Shown piece after piece: positions 9,750-17,106 of a DNA stretch of 21,433 bases; position 1 is the stretch's first letter, and each line of letters opens with the position of its first letter. The position numbers were made by a program, and so were the translations under genes. Below the pieces are notes generated by a model. The model was not told the DNA's origin, did not search any database, and was given only the letters and a program-made list of their open reading frames with translations. This stretch comes from Clostridia bacterium (GTDB lineage Bacteria > Bacillota > Clostridia > CAKSNL01 > HGM11501). The stretch spans positions 1-21,433 of the forward strand of contig JAZQAZ010000004.1 in NCBI GenBank assembly GCA_045545475.1, written 5' to 3'.

Positions 9750-10341
9750 TAGTTTTCGCATCCTTCTCAAAAACAGAAAGTGCTTTAGCAACCATAAATA
9801 CGATGTCGTTGCTCTTGGAAATGGCAATTCCTTTGCCGAAGGCCTTTCCGCCAACGGTTAAGGATGCAACGCAGGCTGTTACCAGAATTCCTCCCCAAAA
9901 GGCAAAATCCGTTCCCTTTTGAAATAGCATTCCCACAATAACAGCTGTTGTGGAACCCGAAACGATACCGCAGATGTCCCCTATTACGTCATTGCAGATA
10001 TTTGAAACACGCTCAGCATTACGCAAAAGAACTATACCCTTTGCCGCACCCTTTACTTTTCTGGATGCCATTGAATGAAAGGGAGCTTCTTCCGCCGCTG
10101 TTACCGCAGTTCCCACAATATCAAAAAGAACGCCTATTAAAATGATTGCAAGCAAAACGCAAAGTGCAATTCCTGCCGGAGAACCCTTTATGGAAACCTC
10201 CGAAACTATATTTATAAGTACTGAAAGCGAAAATGTAATGCCCATACTCATAAAGGCCCATTTTAAGTATTTTCTTTTCTGCTTGTTAGCCTTTTCCTGA
10301 GGGTCAGGCTTACTACTTCGGACAGTATCCAAAAAAATCAC
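9724..10341 (-). CDS. oapA: OLE-associated protein A (membrane protein, DUF21/CNNM-like)
   Basis: ~200-aa multi-TM protein with FHSMAS and NDVIGDICGIVSG (DxxxD) motifs, between OLE RNA and dxs; the start may be TTG at 10332. Confidence 0.85.
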   Translation of the reverse strand: MIFLDTVRSSKPDPQEKANKQKRKYLKWAFMSMGITFSLSVLINIVSEVSIKGSPAGIALCVLLAIILIGVLFDIVGTAVTAAEEAPFHSMASRKVKGAAKGIVLLRNAERVSNICNDVIGDICGIVSGSTTAVIVGMLFQKGTDFAFWGGILVTACVASLTVGGKAFGKGIAISKSNDIVFMVAKALSVFEKDAKTNGKKKNSK

Positions 10342-10362
10342 ACTCCAAAATCAAAAAATTGT

Positions 10363-10948
10363 GGTGGCAATGCAAGAAGTAAATTTTGCGGCATAGGTTC
10401 GGTCGGATTTCCCGCCCTGATCCTTCCCCGTCGCCGATGGAAGCGGTTTCCCTTTAAATCCAGGCCCGTCAAGTCGCCTTAAACAATACCGAATTGCCAC
10501 TAAGTCCGCACTACAATCCCTCTTGCACCACGAAAGGTACAGTCTAGAAGTTTTCCTTCACAGCACAAACGCCGTTCCTATCCTCTTTTGCAGATAGGCT
10601 TTCAAGAAGCTATAACCTCGCTCTCTCGGCCAAGAGAGCGTTGTCTGTCCGCTATCCTGCATACCCACTCAAGGCAGGCTACGCTACCCACAGCACAATA
10701 AGCACTGCATGGCAGGTTTAATCCTTACCCGTAGCTAAATTGTGTCCGCATTAACCACAAAGTAAAGTCTCCACGGGAGGAGGGTCATGCGCCGCATGCC
10801 ATTGCGGTCCGCCCTCAACCCTTAACTCCCAGCACACACCCCCGACCGGCATCGGAAGCAAGCACCAGGAACTTCATCGATGTGCCCTTAAGCGGCTTTT
10901 TACGACCGCCTTCAGAACAGCATGTACTGACTAGAATACTGCGCCACC
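10363..10948 (-). ncRNA. ole: OLE RNA (ornate, large, extremophilic RNA)
   Basis: ~590-nt GC-richer ORF-free region upstream of oapA-dxs-tlyA; minus strand starts GGTGGCGCAGTATTCTAGTCAG...GGGCACATCGATGAAGTTCCTGGTGCT and ends GCCACC, closing the terminal stem. Confidence 0.88.
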
Positions 10949-10955
10949 TTCCTTT

Positions 10956-10983
10956 ATTATAACATACTTTTTTCAAAAGTCAA
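10956..10983 (-). promoter_or_regulatory. Sigma-A promoter for OLE RNA
   Basis: TTGACT-16 nt-TATAAT with TG extension, ending ~7 nt before the OLE 5' stem. Confidence 0.75.
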
Positions 10984-11025
10984 TCCGTGATGACAATTTA
11001 ATTAGCACCGTTAACCATTTTAAAG

Positions 11026-11054
11026 TTGACACTTTTTTGACAAAATGCTATAAT
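11026..11054 (+). promoter_or_regulatory. Sigma-A promoter for the C39-like peptidase gene
   Basis: TTGACA-17 nt-TATAAT with TG extension. Confidence 0.8.
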
Positions 11055-11123
11055 AGTAGCTGAATTTTCTAAGAAAATGACAAAATTCACAAAAGAGATT
11101 GATTTCCGAAAGGATTTGAGACG

Positions 11124-12260
11124 ATGAAAAAACGCCTTTTATGCCTGGTCAGTGCAATCATTTTAATACTTTCTGTCAGCATCAATGCTGCGGTTACTGT
11201 GGACTATAACTATTCCGAAACGGTAACTCCGGGTGTTGTCCGCTACGTTTCGCAGATTCGCTCCAGCGATGTTTACTATCAAAACTACTGGGGAAGATTT
11301 TCGCCCTGGGCACACAATGAATGCGGAACAGCAGCTGTTTCCATGGCGTTATCCGCCATCGGCATTAACAAGACACCTCTTGACCTTGGTAACTACTGGA
11401 TTTCCAAGGGGTATACATGGGGAAATCCTTTCTCCACAGTATTAAATGACGTTCCGGAAGCAACAGGCGGAGAAACCTATGACTTTTTCGCCTCATTTGA
11501 CCGCTACATAAACGGCGACGGCTCATACAGCCCCGTAATAATTTACTTTACTGCGGCCACAAACCCCAACCGCACCGGAAACCGTCACTTCGTTCTGGTT
11601 ACCGAAAAGAAGGAGGACGGCTCCTTTAACGCAGTAAACCCCTCTAATAAATCAATGCTCAATTTGAAAATCGAAAAAACCTCAGGCGGAAGTTTATATG
11701 TTACCGTTTACGGCCACAAGGGAACCACATCGGGATATATTTCGGAATATGATTTCCGTTCGGCACAGTATCACAACCCCTCTTTTGTAAAGCCTGCAGA
11801 AAAAGAAGTTCCGACGGAAGAAGCAGGCACTACCCCCGAAGAAACTGCTCCGCAATCCGAAAATCCCGAGGATGCAACAAAAGTTGCGGAAGCAGAATTA
11901 CCGGAAGAAAACGATACCGTAGTTACTCCTGAATTTTTGTTCCCCGCATCGATTTATCCTTCGGCTCCCACAGCATTGTCCTATGATTTTTGCGAAATAA
12001 GGTTCAAGGATACAGGCTGCGATACATACACCCTTAGTTTCAGACGTGCAACTGTTCCCGGAGCTGACGCTCCCTTTAATGATGAACACGCAAAGGCAAT
12101 AACCGCTACTGTGGGAGAAGGCTTAATTGCCAGAAACAATGACGGAACCATGAGTTTATTTATACCCGACGGTCTTGAACAGGGTTACCTTTACCGCTTC
12201 TTTATTTCGGATGCAAACGGAGTGTCCTGCACACTTATAACCTATGGCCTTGCCCAATAA
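11124..12260 (+). CDS. Secreted C39-like (papain-fold) cysteine peptidase with acidic linker and C-terminal domain
   Basis: Signal peptide; Q..D, ECGTAAVSMALS, HFVLV and VNPS motifs; E/P/T-rich linker. Confidence 0.7.
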   Translation: MKKRLLCLVSAIILILSVSINAAVTVDYNYSETVTPGVVRYVSQIRSSDVYYQNYWGRFSPWAHNECGTAAVSMALSAIGINKTPLDLGNYWISKGYTWGNPFSTVLNDVPEATGGETYDFFASFDRYINGDGSYSPVIIYFTAATNPNRTGNRHFVLVTEKKEDGSFNAVNPSNKSMLNLKIEKTSGGSLYVTVYGHKGTTSGYISEYDFRSAQYHNPSFVKPAEKEVPTEEAGTTPEETAPQSENPEDATKVAEAELPEENDTVVTPEFLFPASIYPSAPTALSYDFCEIRFKDTGCDTYTLSFRRATVPGADAPFNDEHAKAITATVGEGLIARNNDGTMSLFIPDGLEQGYLYRFFISDANGVSCTLITYGLAQ

Positions 12261-12268
12261 TAAAACAG

Positions 12269-12307
12269 AAAAAACCACGCAGTTCATTCTAAGCTGCGTG
12301 GTTTTTT
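12269..12307 (+). terminator. Intrinsic terminator
   Basis: AAAAAACCACGCAG...CTGCGTGGTTTTTT after the stop codon. Confidence 0.8.
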
Positions 12308-12355
12308 ATAATTGACGATTGCAGTAAAAGAAAGCTTGTGCTTCCCTTTCGTTCT

Positions 12356-12592
12356 TTATTCATTTTTGCCCGCTTCATCAACAAAAGAAGCCTTAAGCAT
12401 CTGCTTATGTCTATGTACTATATATTTTATAATACAGGCTATGCCGAAGCATATTGTTATGCCGATTATCTGATAATTTCCTATATAACTTATCAATATT
12501 CTTATGGCAAACCATTCGTTGTTTTCTCTGAATATAAGTGGAAAATACCACGGCGTTTGCAAAAGAACTAGAAAAAGCCATATAAAAAATGC
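12356..12592 (-). pseudogene. 5'-truncated paralog of immunity-like gene 14283..14738
   Basis: Encodes AFFIWLFLVLLQTPWYFPLIFRENNEWFAIRILISYIG..., nearly the same as the C-terminal half of 14283..14738; N-terminal half missing. Confidence 0.8.
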
Positions 12593-12633
12593 TTTTACAG
12601 TTATTTTATCTTCATCAGGTTGATAGAGAAGTC

Positions 12634-12668
12634 AAAAAGAATCCCCGCTGCTGCGGGGGTTCTTTTTT
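12634..12668. terminator. Terminator after the displaced nrdG 3' fragment
   Basis: AAAAAGAATCCCCGC-TGCT-GCGGGGGTTCTTTTTT. Confidence 0.75.
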
Positions 12669-12673
12669 GCGTG

Positions 12674-12772
12674 TTATTCCAAAAAAAGTTTAATTTCACC
12701 TGTTTCTCTTGTCTTCTTAAGATCGATAACCCTCTGGTTTGAAGAACCCTTAAACTTGAGCATTATGCTGTA
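12674..12772 (-). pseudogene. nrdG: Duplicated 3' end of nrdG (32 codons plus stop)
   Basis: Translates YSIMLKFKGSSNQRVIDLKKTRETGEIKLFLE*, 28/32 identical to the nrdG end at 16588-16686. Confidence 0.9.
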
Positions 12773-12780
12773 TGCCAAAA

Positions 12781-12851
12781 GGGGACGTGCCTTTTTTGGC
12801 ATCTTTTACTGCTTACCACTTAAATAATAGTACCAATGCGTGTCCGTCCCC
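12781..12851. repeat. ~70-bp cassette-tail repeat, copy 1 (GGGGACG...CGTCCCC inverted ends)
   Basis: 12781-12850 matches 14195-14264 at 67/70 positions. Confidence 0.9.
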
Positions 12852-12864
12852 AGAGGTTACTTTT

Positions 12865-13377
12865 TTAATATCCCTCTGGCTCAAAGAAAACGGTGGTAAA
12901 GATTTTTCTGAACGGAACTTCTCTTTTGGATTTTATCCGTATTACACTAACCCTTTCGTCTGCAAGTACAACATCAGGCAACACCACATCTTCATAAATG
13001 TAAAATGTAGCTTTGTTCCCTTTTGTAAGCATAACATAGCCTTCTTCTGATTCGATATACAAATTATTGACATGTCCACTTGAGCCCGCGTAGTCTTTTA
13101 TACTTGGAAATATTGTTGTTGGCTCATCTTCTACGTAATAATCAAAGCTATATCTGCCACTGTGATAATATATCCTGTATGTTCCGTCTCGGTAGAAAAC
13201 ACAGTTGAAATCATCTACGCCTTCCAAGGTTCTTTCGTAGTGCATCTCGTCCCAAAACCGATCAATAGATTCAGAGTATAAATAATCCGCGAATCTTATT
13301 CCGCAGCATAAAAGAGCAATTGCACACAGAATAGCCACAATTAATACAAAAATCTTACGCCTCTCTACGAAGTTCAT
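12865..13377 (-). CDS. Putative immunity protein of the orphan tip; membrane-anchored, extracytoplasmic
   Basis: Starts 9 nt after the tip stop; N-terminal hydrophobic anchor IFVLIVAILCAIALLCC; function inferred from position. Confidence 0.65.
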   Translation of the reverse strand: MNFVERRKIFVLIVAILCAIALLCCGIRFADYLYSESIDRFWDEMHYERTLEGVDDFNCVFYRDGTYRIYYHSGRYSFDYYVEDEPTTIFPSIKDYAGSSGHVNNLYIESEEGYVMLTKGNKATFYIYEDVVLPDVVLADERVSVIRIKSKREVPFRKIFTTVFFEPEGY

Positions 13378-13386
13378 AGCATCACC

Positions 13387-14202
13387 CTACCTTATTGTGT
13401 TAAAATATACTCTCACCATATACGGATTTATTGCTCCGGTGCTTTGAGATATCTTAGCCACGTCATTCGCAACCGTTCCCGTTCTTATATCAAATGACAA
13501 TTTGCCATTTTCAAATTTAACTGTCATCCACTCTGTGAAATCATAAGTATCCTCAAGCATTGCAGTTATAATCCACTTTCCGTCTTTGTTTTTATAACCT
13601 TTTACGTGAATTGTAGCCCTGTGGATGGAATAATATAAATCGTCTGTTTCAAAAGCAATGTCTTCCAAATCTGTATCAATGGTCTTTCCGTCAGATTCTT
13701 CAATAGCTTTATCAAGAGCATCCAGATACACAGGATCATTTTTTATCAGCTCCGCTATGTCGGACTCATTCCCCAGCGTCATAGACGTCGGATTGTCCTG
13801 CAAAGAATGTTCAAGCATATATGCGGAAACATAATACTTGTTTTTTCTCAGATAATTATCTGCTCCAAGTTCCCAAACATTTCGCTGTAACTCTTTTTGC
13901 GCTTCTTCAATTGTTTTACCCGCTTCTTTTGCAAAACGTATTGCCGCTTCCTTTGGGTTTCTAATGTAATCCCAAAGCCAGTTTTTTTCTTCCGCATTGC
14001 TTTCGTCACTTTTCTGCTTTTCCGAATTTGACATAAGCGTAAGCTCAGGTTCTTCTGTAGCGAAAAGGTTATCTTCCGGCAGGTATTCGCTTTCAGGAAT
14101 ATCTGTCCTGCGGTTACTGCCTGAAAAATCCGATTCGTCTTCGGAAAAAGCATAATCGTTAAATGCTATACCCGTCGGTTTGTATGTACGAAACGGTGAC
14201 GT
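13387..14202 (-). CDS. Orphan C-terminal toxin-tip module (conserved linker plus alternative domain)
   Basis: Frame is open from 14202 (TSPFRTYKPTGIAF...ELTLMSNS), homologous to the linker of 14757..16259, then diverges; upstream in-frame TAA at 14227-14229; the ATG at 14034 is internal to the linker. Confidence 0.75.
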   Translation of the reverse strand, partial: TSPFRTYKPTGIAFNDYAFSEDESDFSGSNRRTDIPESEYLPEDNLFATEEPELTLMSNSEKQKSDESNAEEKNWLWDYIRNPKEAAIRFAKEAGKTIEEAQKELQRNVWELGADNYLRKNKYYVSAYMLEHSLQDNPTSMTLGNESDIAELIKNDPVYLDALDKAIEESDGKTIDTDLEDIAFETDDLYYSIHRATIHVKGYKNKDGKWIITAMLEDTYDFTEWMTVKFENGKLSFDIRTGTVANDVAKISQSTGAINPYMVRVYFNTIR

Positions 14203-14264
14203 GCCTTTTTTGGCATCTTTTACTGCTTACTACTTAAATAATAGTGCCAATGCGTGTCCGTCCC
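14195..14264. repeat. ~70-bp cassette-tail repeat, copy 2
   Basis: Near-identical to 12781-12850; lies between an immunity stop codon and the next linker. Confidence 0.9.
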
Positions 14265-14282
14265 AAAACGGCGTATTTCCCA

Positions 14283-14738
14283 TCAACAATCAAAATTCGT
14301 CGCCGTGCCATCTTCTTCCGACACCGGAGCTTTTTCAATTTCCTTTTTCGCCTTTCTACGATAAACAAGATATTTTACAAGACAGGCTATGGCAAAGAAA
14401 ACGGTTATTCCGATTATCTGATAATGCCCTATATAGCTTATCAATATTCTTATGGCAAGCCATTCGTTGTTTTCTCTGAATATAAGGGGAAAATACCACG
14501 GCGTTTGCAAAAGAACAAGAAAAAGCCATATAAAAAAGGCATTTTTCTTTCGTGTAAGGCGGTAATTAATTATCGCAAGGTAAATCGGATTAAGCAAAAA
14601 AAGCACTCCAACGACTCTGGTTGCTATTGTTGTAGTGTCAATAAAGCAAACAAGTAAAACAGTTGGCAAAGAACATACTAAAATCCAAGCAAAAACTTTC
14701 AGCAATACTTTCCCTGTTCCACACAGATATTTCCTCAT
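14283..14738 (-). CDS. Putative immunity protein with about four TM helices
   Basis: AAGGAGG SD directly after the toxin stop; hydrophobic segments; a paralog relic lies at 12356-12592. Confidence 0.7.
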   Translation of the reverse strand: MRKYLCGTGKVLLKVFAWILVCSLPTVLLVCFIDTTTIATRVVGVLFLLNPIYLAIINYRLTRKKNAFFIWLFLVLLQTPWYFPLIFRENNEWLAIRILISYIGHYQIIGITVFFAIACLVKYLVYRRKAKKEIEKAPVSEEDGTATNFDC

Positions 14739-14756
14739 AATTCAGCTCCTCCTTAT

Positions 14757-16259
14757 TTACTCTTCTGATGCTTTTTCAAAACTAATGTTTGGGAATAGCT
14801 TTTTGTCAATCCCAATTCCGCCCATTCCCAAAATTGACAATGCAATATGGTCGCAGTTTCTGTATGCCAGGTCGTAGCTGAAGCCTAATCCGGTAATTGC
14901 TACAGCCTGCTCAAACATCGCCTTACCCTGCTCCGGAGTAATTTCATATTCCAGCACTCTGTCATAGCTTTCCGTTCTCTTTTTTCCCGATGTTGATGCA
15001 GATAAAACAGTATTTCCGTTAAGAAAATTTTCAAGTCCCTGTCCACTTAAAACACTGATTCGCATTTCCGAAGGAGAATAAAACACTCCGTCAGGAAAAT
15101 TCTGATTTTGCGGATAAAAACTGAATAATATTCCCTGTCCACCTGAATTAACCATTAAAATTCCCGAATGTCCTGCCGTCATCGCCCCATCTTCATCGTT
15201 GAGGTAATATACGCTCGTTATTGCAGAATCGTCAAAACTATCCACATTATTAATTGTTGTTTTTATTACCTGTTGTGAATAATAGTCATCATTTGTCGTT
15301 GCTGTTTCCAACGCATTATTAAGCTCCTCGGTCAAAACGCTTTTCGCAGGAGTTTTTTCAAAATCATAATATACAGAATAATCCGTATTTACAATATCTT
15401 GGCTATCTGCATCCCAAAAAGCATTCCACCCTTTACTTGCCATACTACCATTTATTATATTTTTATCAGCTTCTGTTATTGTAATCTTTTCCGTCTCTTC
15501 CGCTTCGCTCTCGTCACTTTCCTGTTTTCCCGAATTTGACATAAGCGTAAGCTCAGGTTCCTCTGTCGCGAAAAGTTTATCTGTCCTGCGGTTACTGCCT
15601 GAAAATTCCGATTCGTCTTCGGAAAAAGCATAATCGTCAAATGCTATACCCGTCGATTTGTATGTGCTAAACGGTGACGTACTAATACCGGGGGTGTCGT
15701 CTCTTGATAAGCTAAGCACTCTGCTTGTGTTTCCGCCGTTTCCCCACCGTCTTCTGACCTTGTCGTGAAAGCTTTCGTCTTCCTCTTTTTCAGTGCCGTT
15801 AAAAGGATTACCCATTTTATTCCACTTATCAACTACTTTTGTAAATTGGTCTTCGCTTCTTTCGGATTTCGGTGTATATGTATCCCCCTTTGGTCCTTCG
15901 GGAGTTGTCGGAAGCACTATGCCTTCGTCTGTTTTTTCTGTTCCTCCGAAAGGGGCTTCTTCCTTCTTTTTCTTATCCTTGTACATGGAGTTCCAGGTTT
16001 CATCGCCAACTATGCCGTCTACCGTGAGACCTTTTGCTCTCTGATAACCCATAACCGCATTTGCCGTGTTTGCTCCCACTACTCCGTCTACCGCAAGCTC
16101 TTCGCCCTTTCCATCCTTAAAGCCTTCCTTATTCAAAAACGTCTGTACACCTTTTACTGCGTTTGAATTCATGCTGTCAGGAAAAAGTTCTTCGCCCGGT
16201 TTCTTAAGATTCTTAAATCCTTCACTGTCAAGTTTTTCATGATCAATAAAATTCTTCAA
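14757..16259 (-). CDS. Putative polymorphic toxin: PG_binding_1-type domain, acidic linker, permuted papain-like C-terminal domain
   Basis: VQTFLN..G...VDGVVGANT..AV..YQ...GLTVDGIVGDETW is a peptidoglycan-binding domain; C-terminal GHSGIL...YDLAYRNCDH; likely TTG start at 16259 after AAGGAG. Confidence 0.75.
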   Translation of the reverse strand: MKNFIDHEKLDSEGFKNLKKPGEELFPDSMNSNAVKGVQTFLNKEGFKDGKGEELAVDGVVGANTANAVMGYQRAKGLTVDGIVGDETWNSMYKDKKKKEEAPFGGTEKTDEGIVLPTTPEGPKGDTYTPKSERSEDQFTKVVDKWNKMGNPFNGTEKEEDESFHDKVRRRWGNGGNTSRVLSLSRDDTPGISTSPFSTYKSTGIAFDDYAFSEDESEFSGSNRRTDKLFATEEPELTLMSNSGKQESDESEAEETEKITITEADKNIINGSMASKGWNAFWDADSQDIVNTDYSVYYDFEKTPAKSVLTEELNNALETATTNDDYYSQQVIKTTINNVDSFDDSAITSVYYLNDEDGAMTAGHSGILMVNSGGQGILFSFYPQNQNFPDGVFYSPSEMRISVLSGQGLENFLNGNTVLSASTSGKKRTESYDRVLEYEITPEQGKAMFEQAVAITGLGFSYDLAYRNCDHIALSILGMGGIGIDKKLFPNISFEKASEE

Positions 16260-16368
16260 TAATTTCTCTCCTTTAATCTTATCATATCTTTTTTCTTTTA
16301 GCAACTTATTTTTCCGGTGCAAACGTTTCGAACCATCTGCACCCCCACAGGTTAACTCTGCAGGTTAT

Positions 16369-16397
16369 ATTATAACACAAAACGGTCTTTTTGTCAA
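16369..16397 (-). promoter_or_regulatory. Consensus sigma-A promoter upstream of the toxin gene
   Basis: TTGACA-17 nt-TATAAT with TG extension. Confidence 0.75.
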
Positions 16398-16549
16398 GAC
16401 ATTTTTACTCATAGGTTAATTTCAGTCCCAAGAGGAGCCTTGGTCGTACCGATGGTGTGCAGCGTCTCCTTCGGTGAAAGTGCTCACTGCCCCACAGCAA
16501 AATTGGTACACAAAAAAGCATTGGACTTTATTAAGCATCCCCAAAAGCA

Positions 16550-16581
16550 AAACCACACAATTCGTATGAATTGTGTGGTTT
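16550..16581 (-). terminator. nrdDG terminator
   Basis: AAACCACACAATTC-N4-GAATTGTGTGGTTT hairpin just after the nrdG stop. Confidence 0.8.
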
Positions 16582-16587
16582 CATTTT

Positions 16588-17106
16588 TTATTGGAGGAAA
16601 AGGACTATTTCGCCCGTTTCTCTTGTTTTGTTAAGGTCAATTACCCTTTGATTTGATGACCCTCTGAACTTAAGCATTATGCTGTAGAGTTCCTCTTTAA
16701 ATTCTCCGTCAACCAGTATATCTATAAGAGACAAAAGCTCGTCGGTATCCTGTGTGTGCACCTTGCCGCCGGGAAGCAAATCCTCGTAAAGGTAGCCTGT
16801 GTAACACCAGATATTTTTGTCCGGATAATGCTCTTTCACCCTTTTTACAAAAGGCAAAAGTCCCTTCTGATTGACCTTTTCCATAGGCTCTCCTCCAAGG
16901 AGAGAAAGACCGTCGATATAGGAAGGCTCCATCATTTTTATGATGGAATCTTCTGTTTCCTCTGTAAATGGCTGACCCGATGCAAAATCCCATGTTTCTT
17001 TATTGAAACAGTTTTTACAGTGGTGGCTGCAGCCTGAAACGAAAAGAGAAACCCGAACTCCGAATCCGTTTGCTATGTCGCAGTTTTTAATTGCAGAATA
17101 ATTCAT
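16588..17106 (-). CDS. nrdG: Anaerobic ribonucleotide reductase activating enzyme (radical SAM)
   Basis: MNYSAIK..DIANGFGVRVSLFVSGCSHHCKNCFN (CxxxCxxC), GGEP, RGSSNQR; TAATG overlap with nrdD. Confidence 0.95.
   Translation of the reverse strand: MNYSAIKNCDIANGFGVRVSLFVSGCSHHCKNCFNKETWDFASGQPFTEETEDSIIKMMEPSYIDGLSLLGGEPMEKVNQKGLLPFVKRVKEHYPDKNIWCYTGYLYEDLLPGGKVHTQDTDELLSLIDILVDGEFKEELYSIMLKFRGSSNQRVIDLNKTRETGEIVLFLQ

Larger units (their letters stand above)
12773..16686. mobile_element. Putative islet integrated in the nrdG 3' end, carrying toxin/immunity cassettes; no integrase inside
   Basis: Bounded by two versions of the nrdG 3' end sharing the identical core AGCATTATGCTGTA (12759-12772 and 16673-16686). 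Confidence 0.6.

Noticed and set aside
12630-12668. AGAATCCCCGC hairpin as an IS200/IS605 end
   Set aside because: No tnpA or tnpB remnant is present; position and A/T tails fit a terminator for the nrdG fragment.
12772-13050. Plus-strand ORFs 12772..13050, 14180..14479 and 12338..12571 with mutually similar peptides
   Set aside because: The similarity comes from the DNA repeats; they are antisense to better-supported genes.
16455-16480. CACCGAAGGAG (minus strand) resembling a glycine riboswitch core
   Set aside because: It lacks the flanking GGAGA and CTCTCAGG elements, and no glycine-related gene follows.
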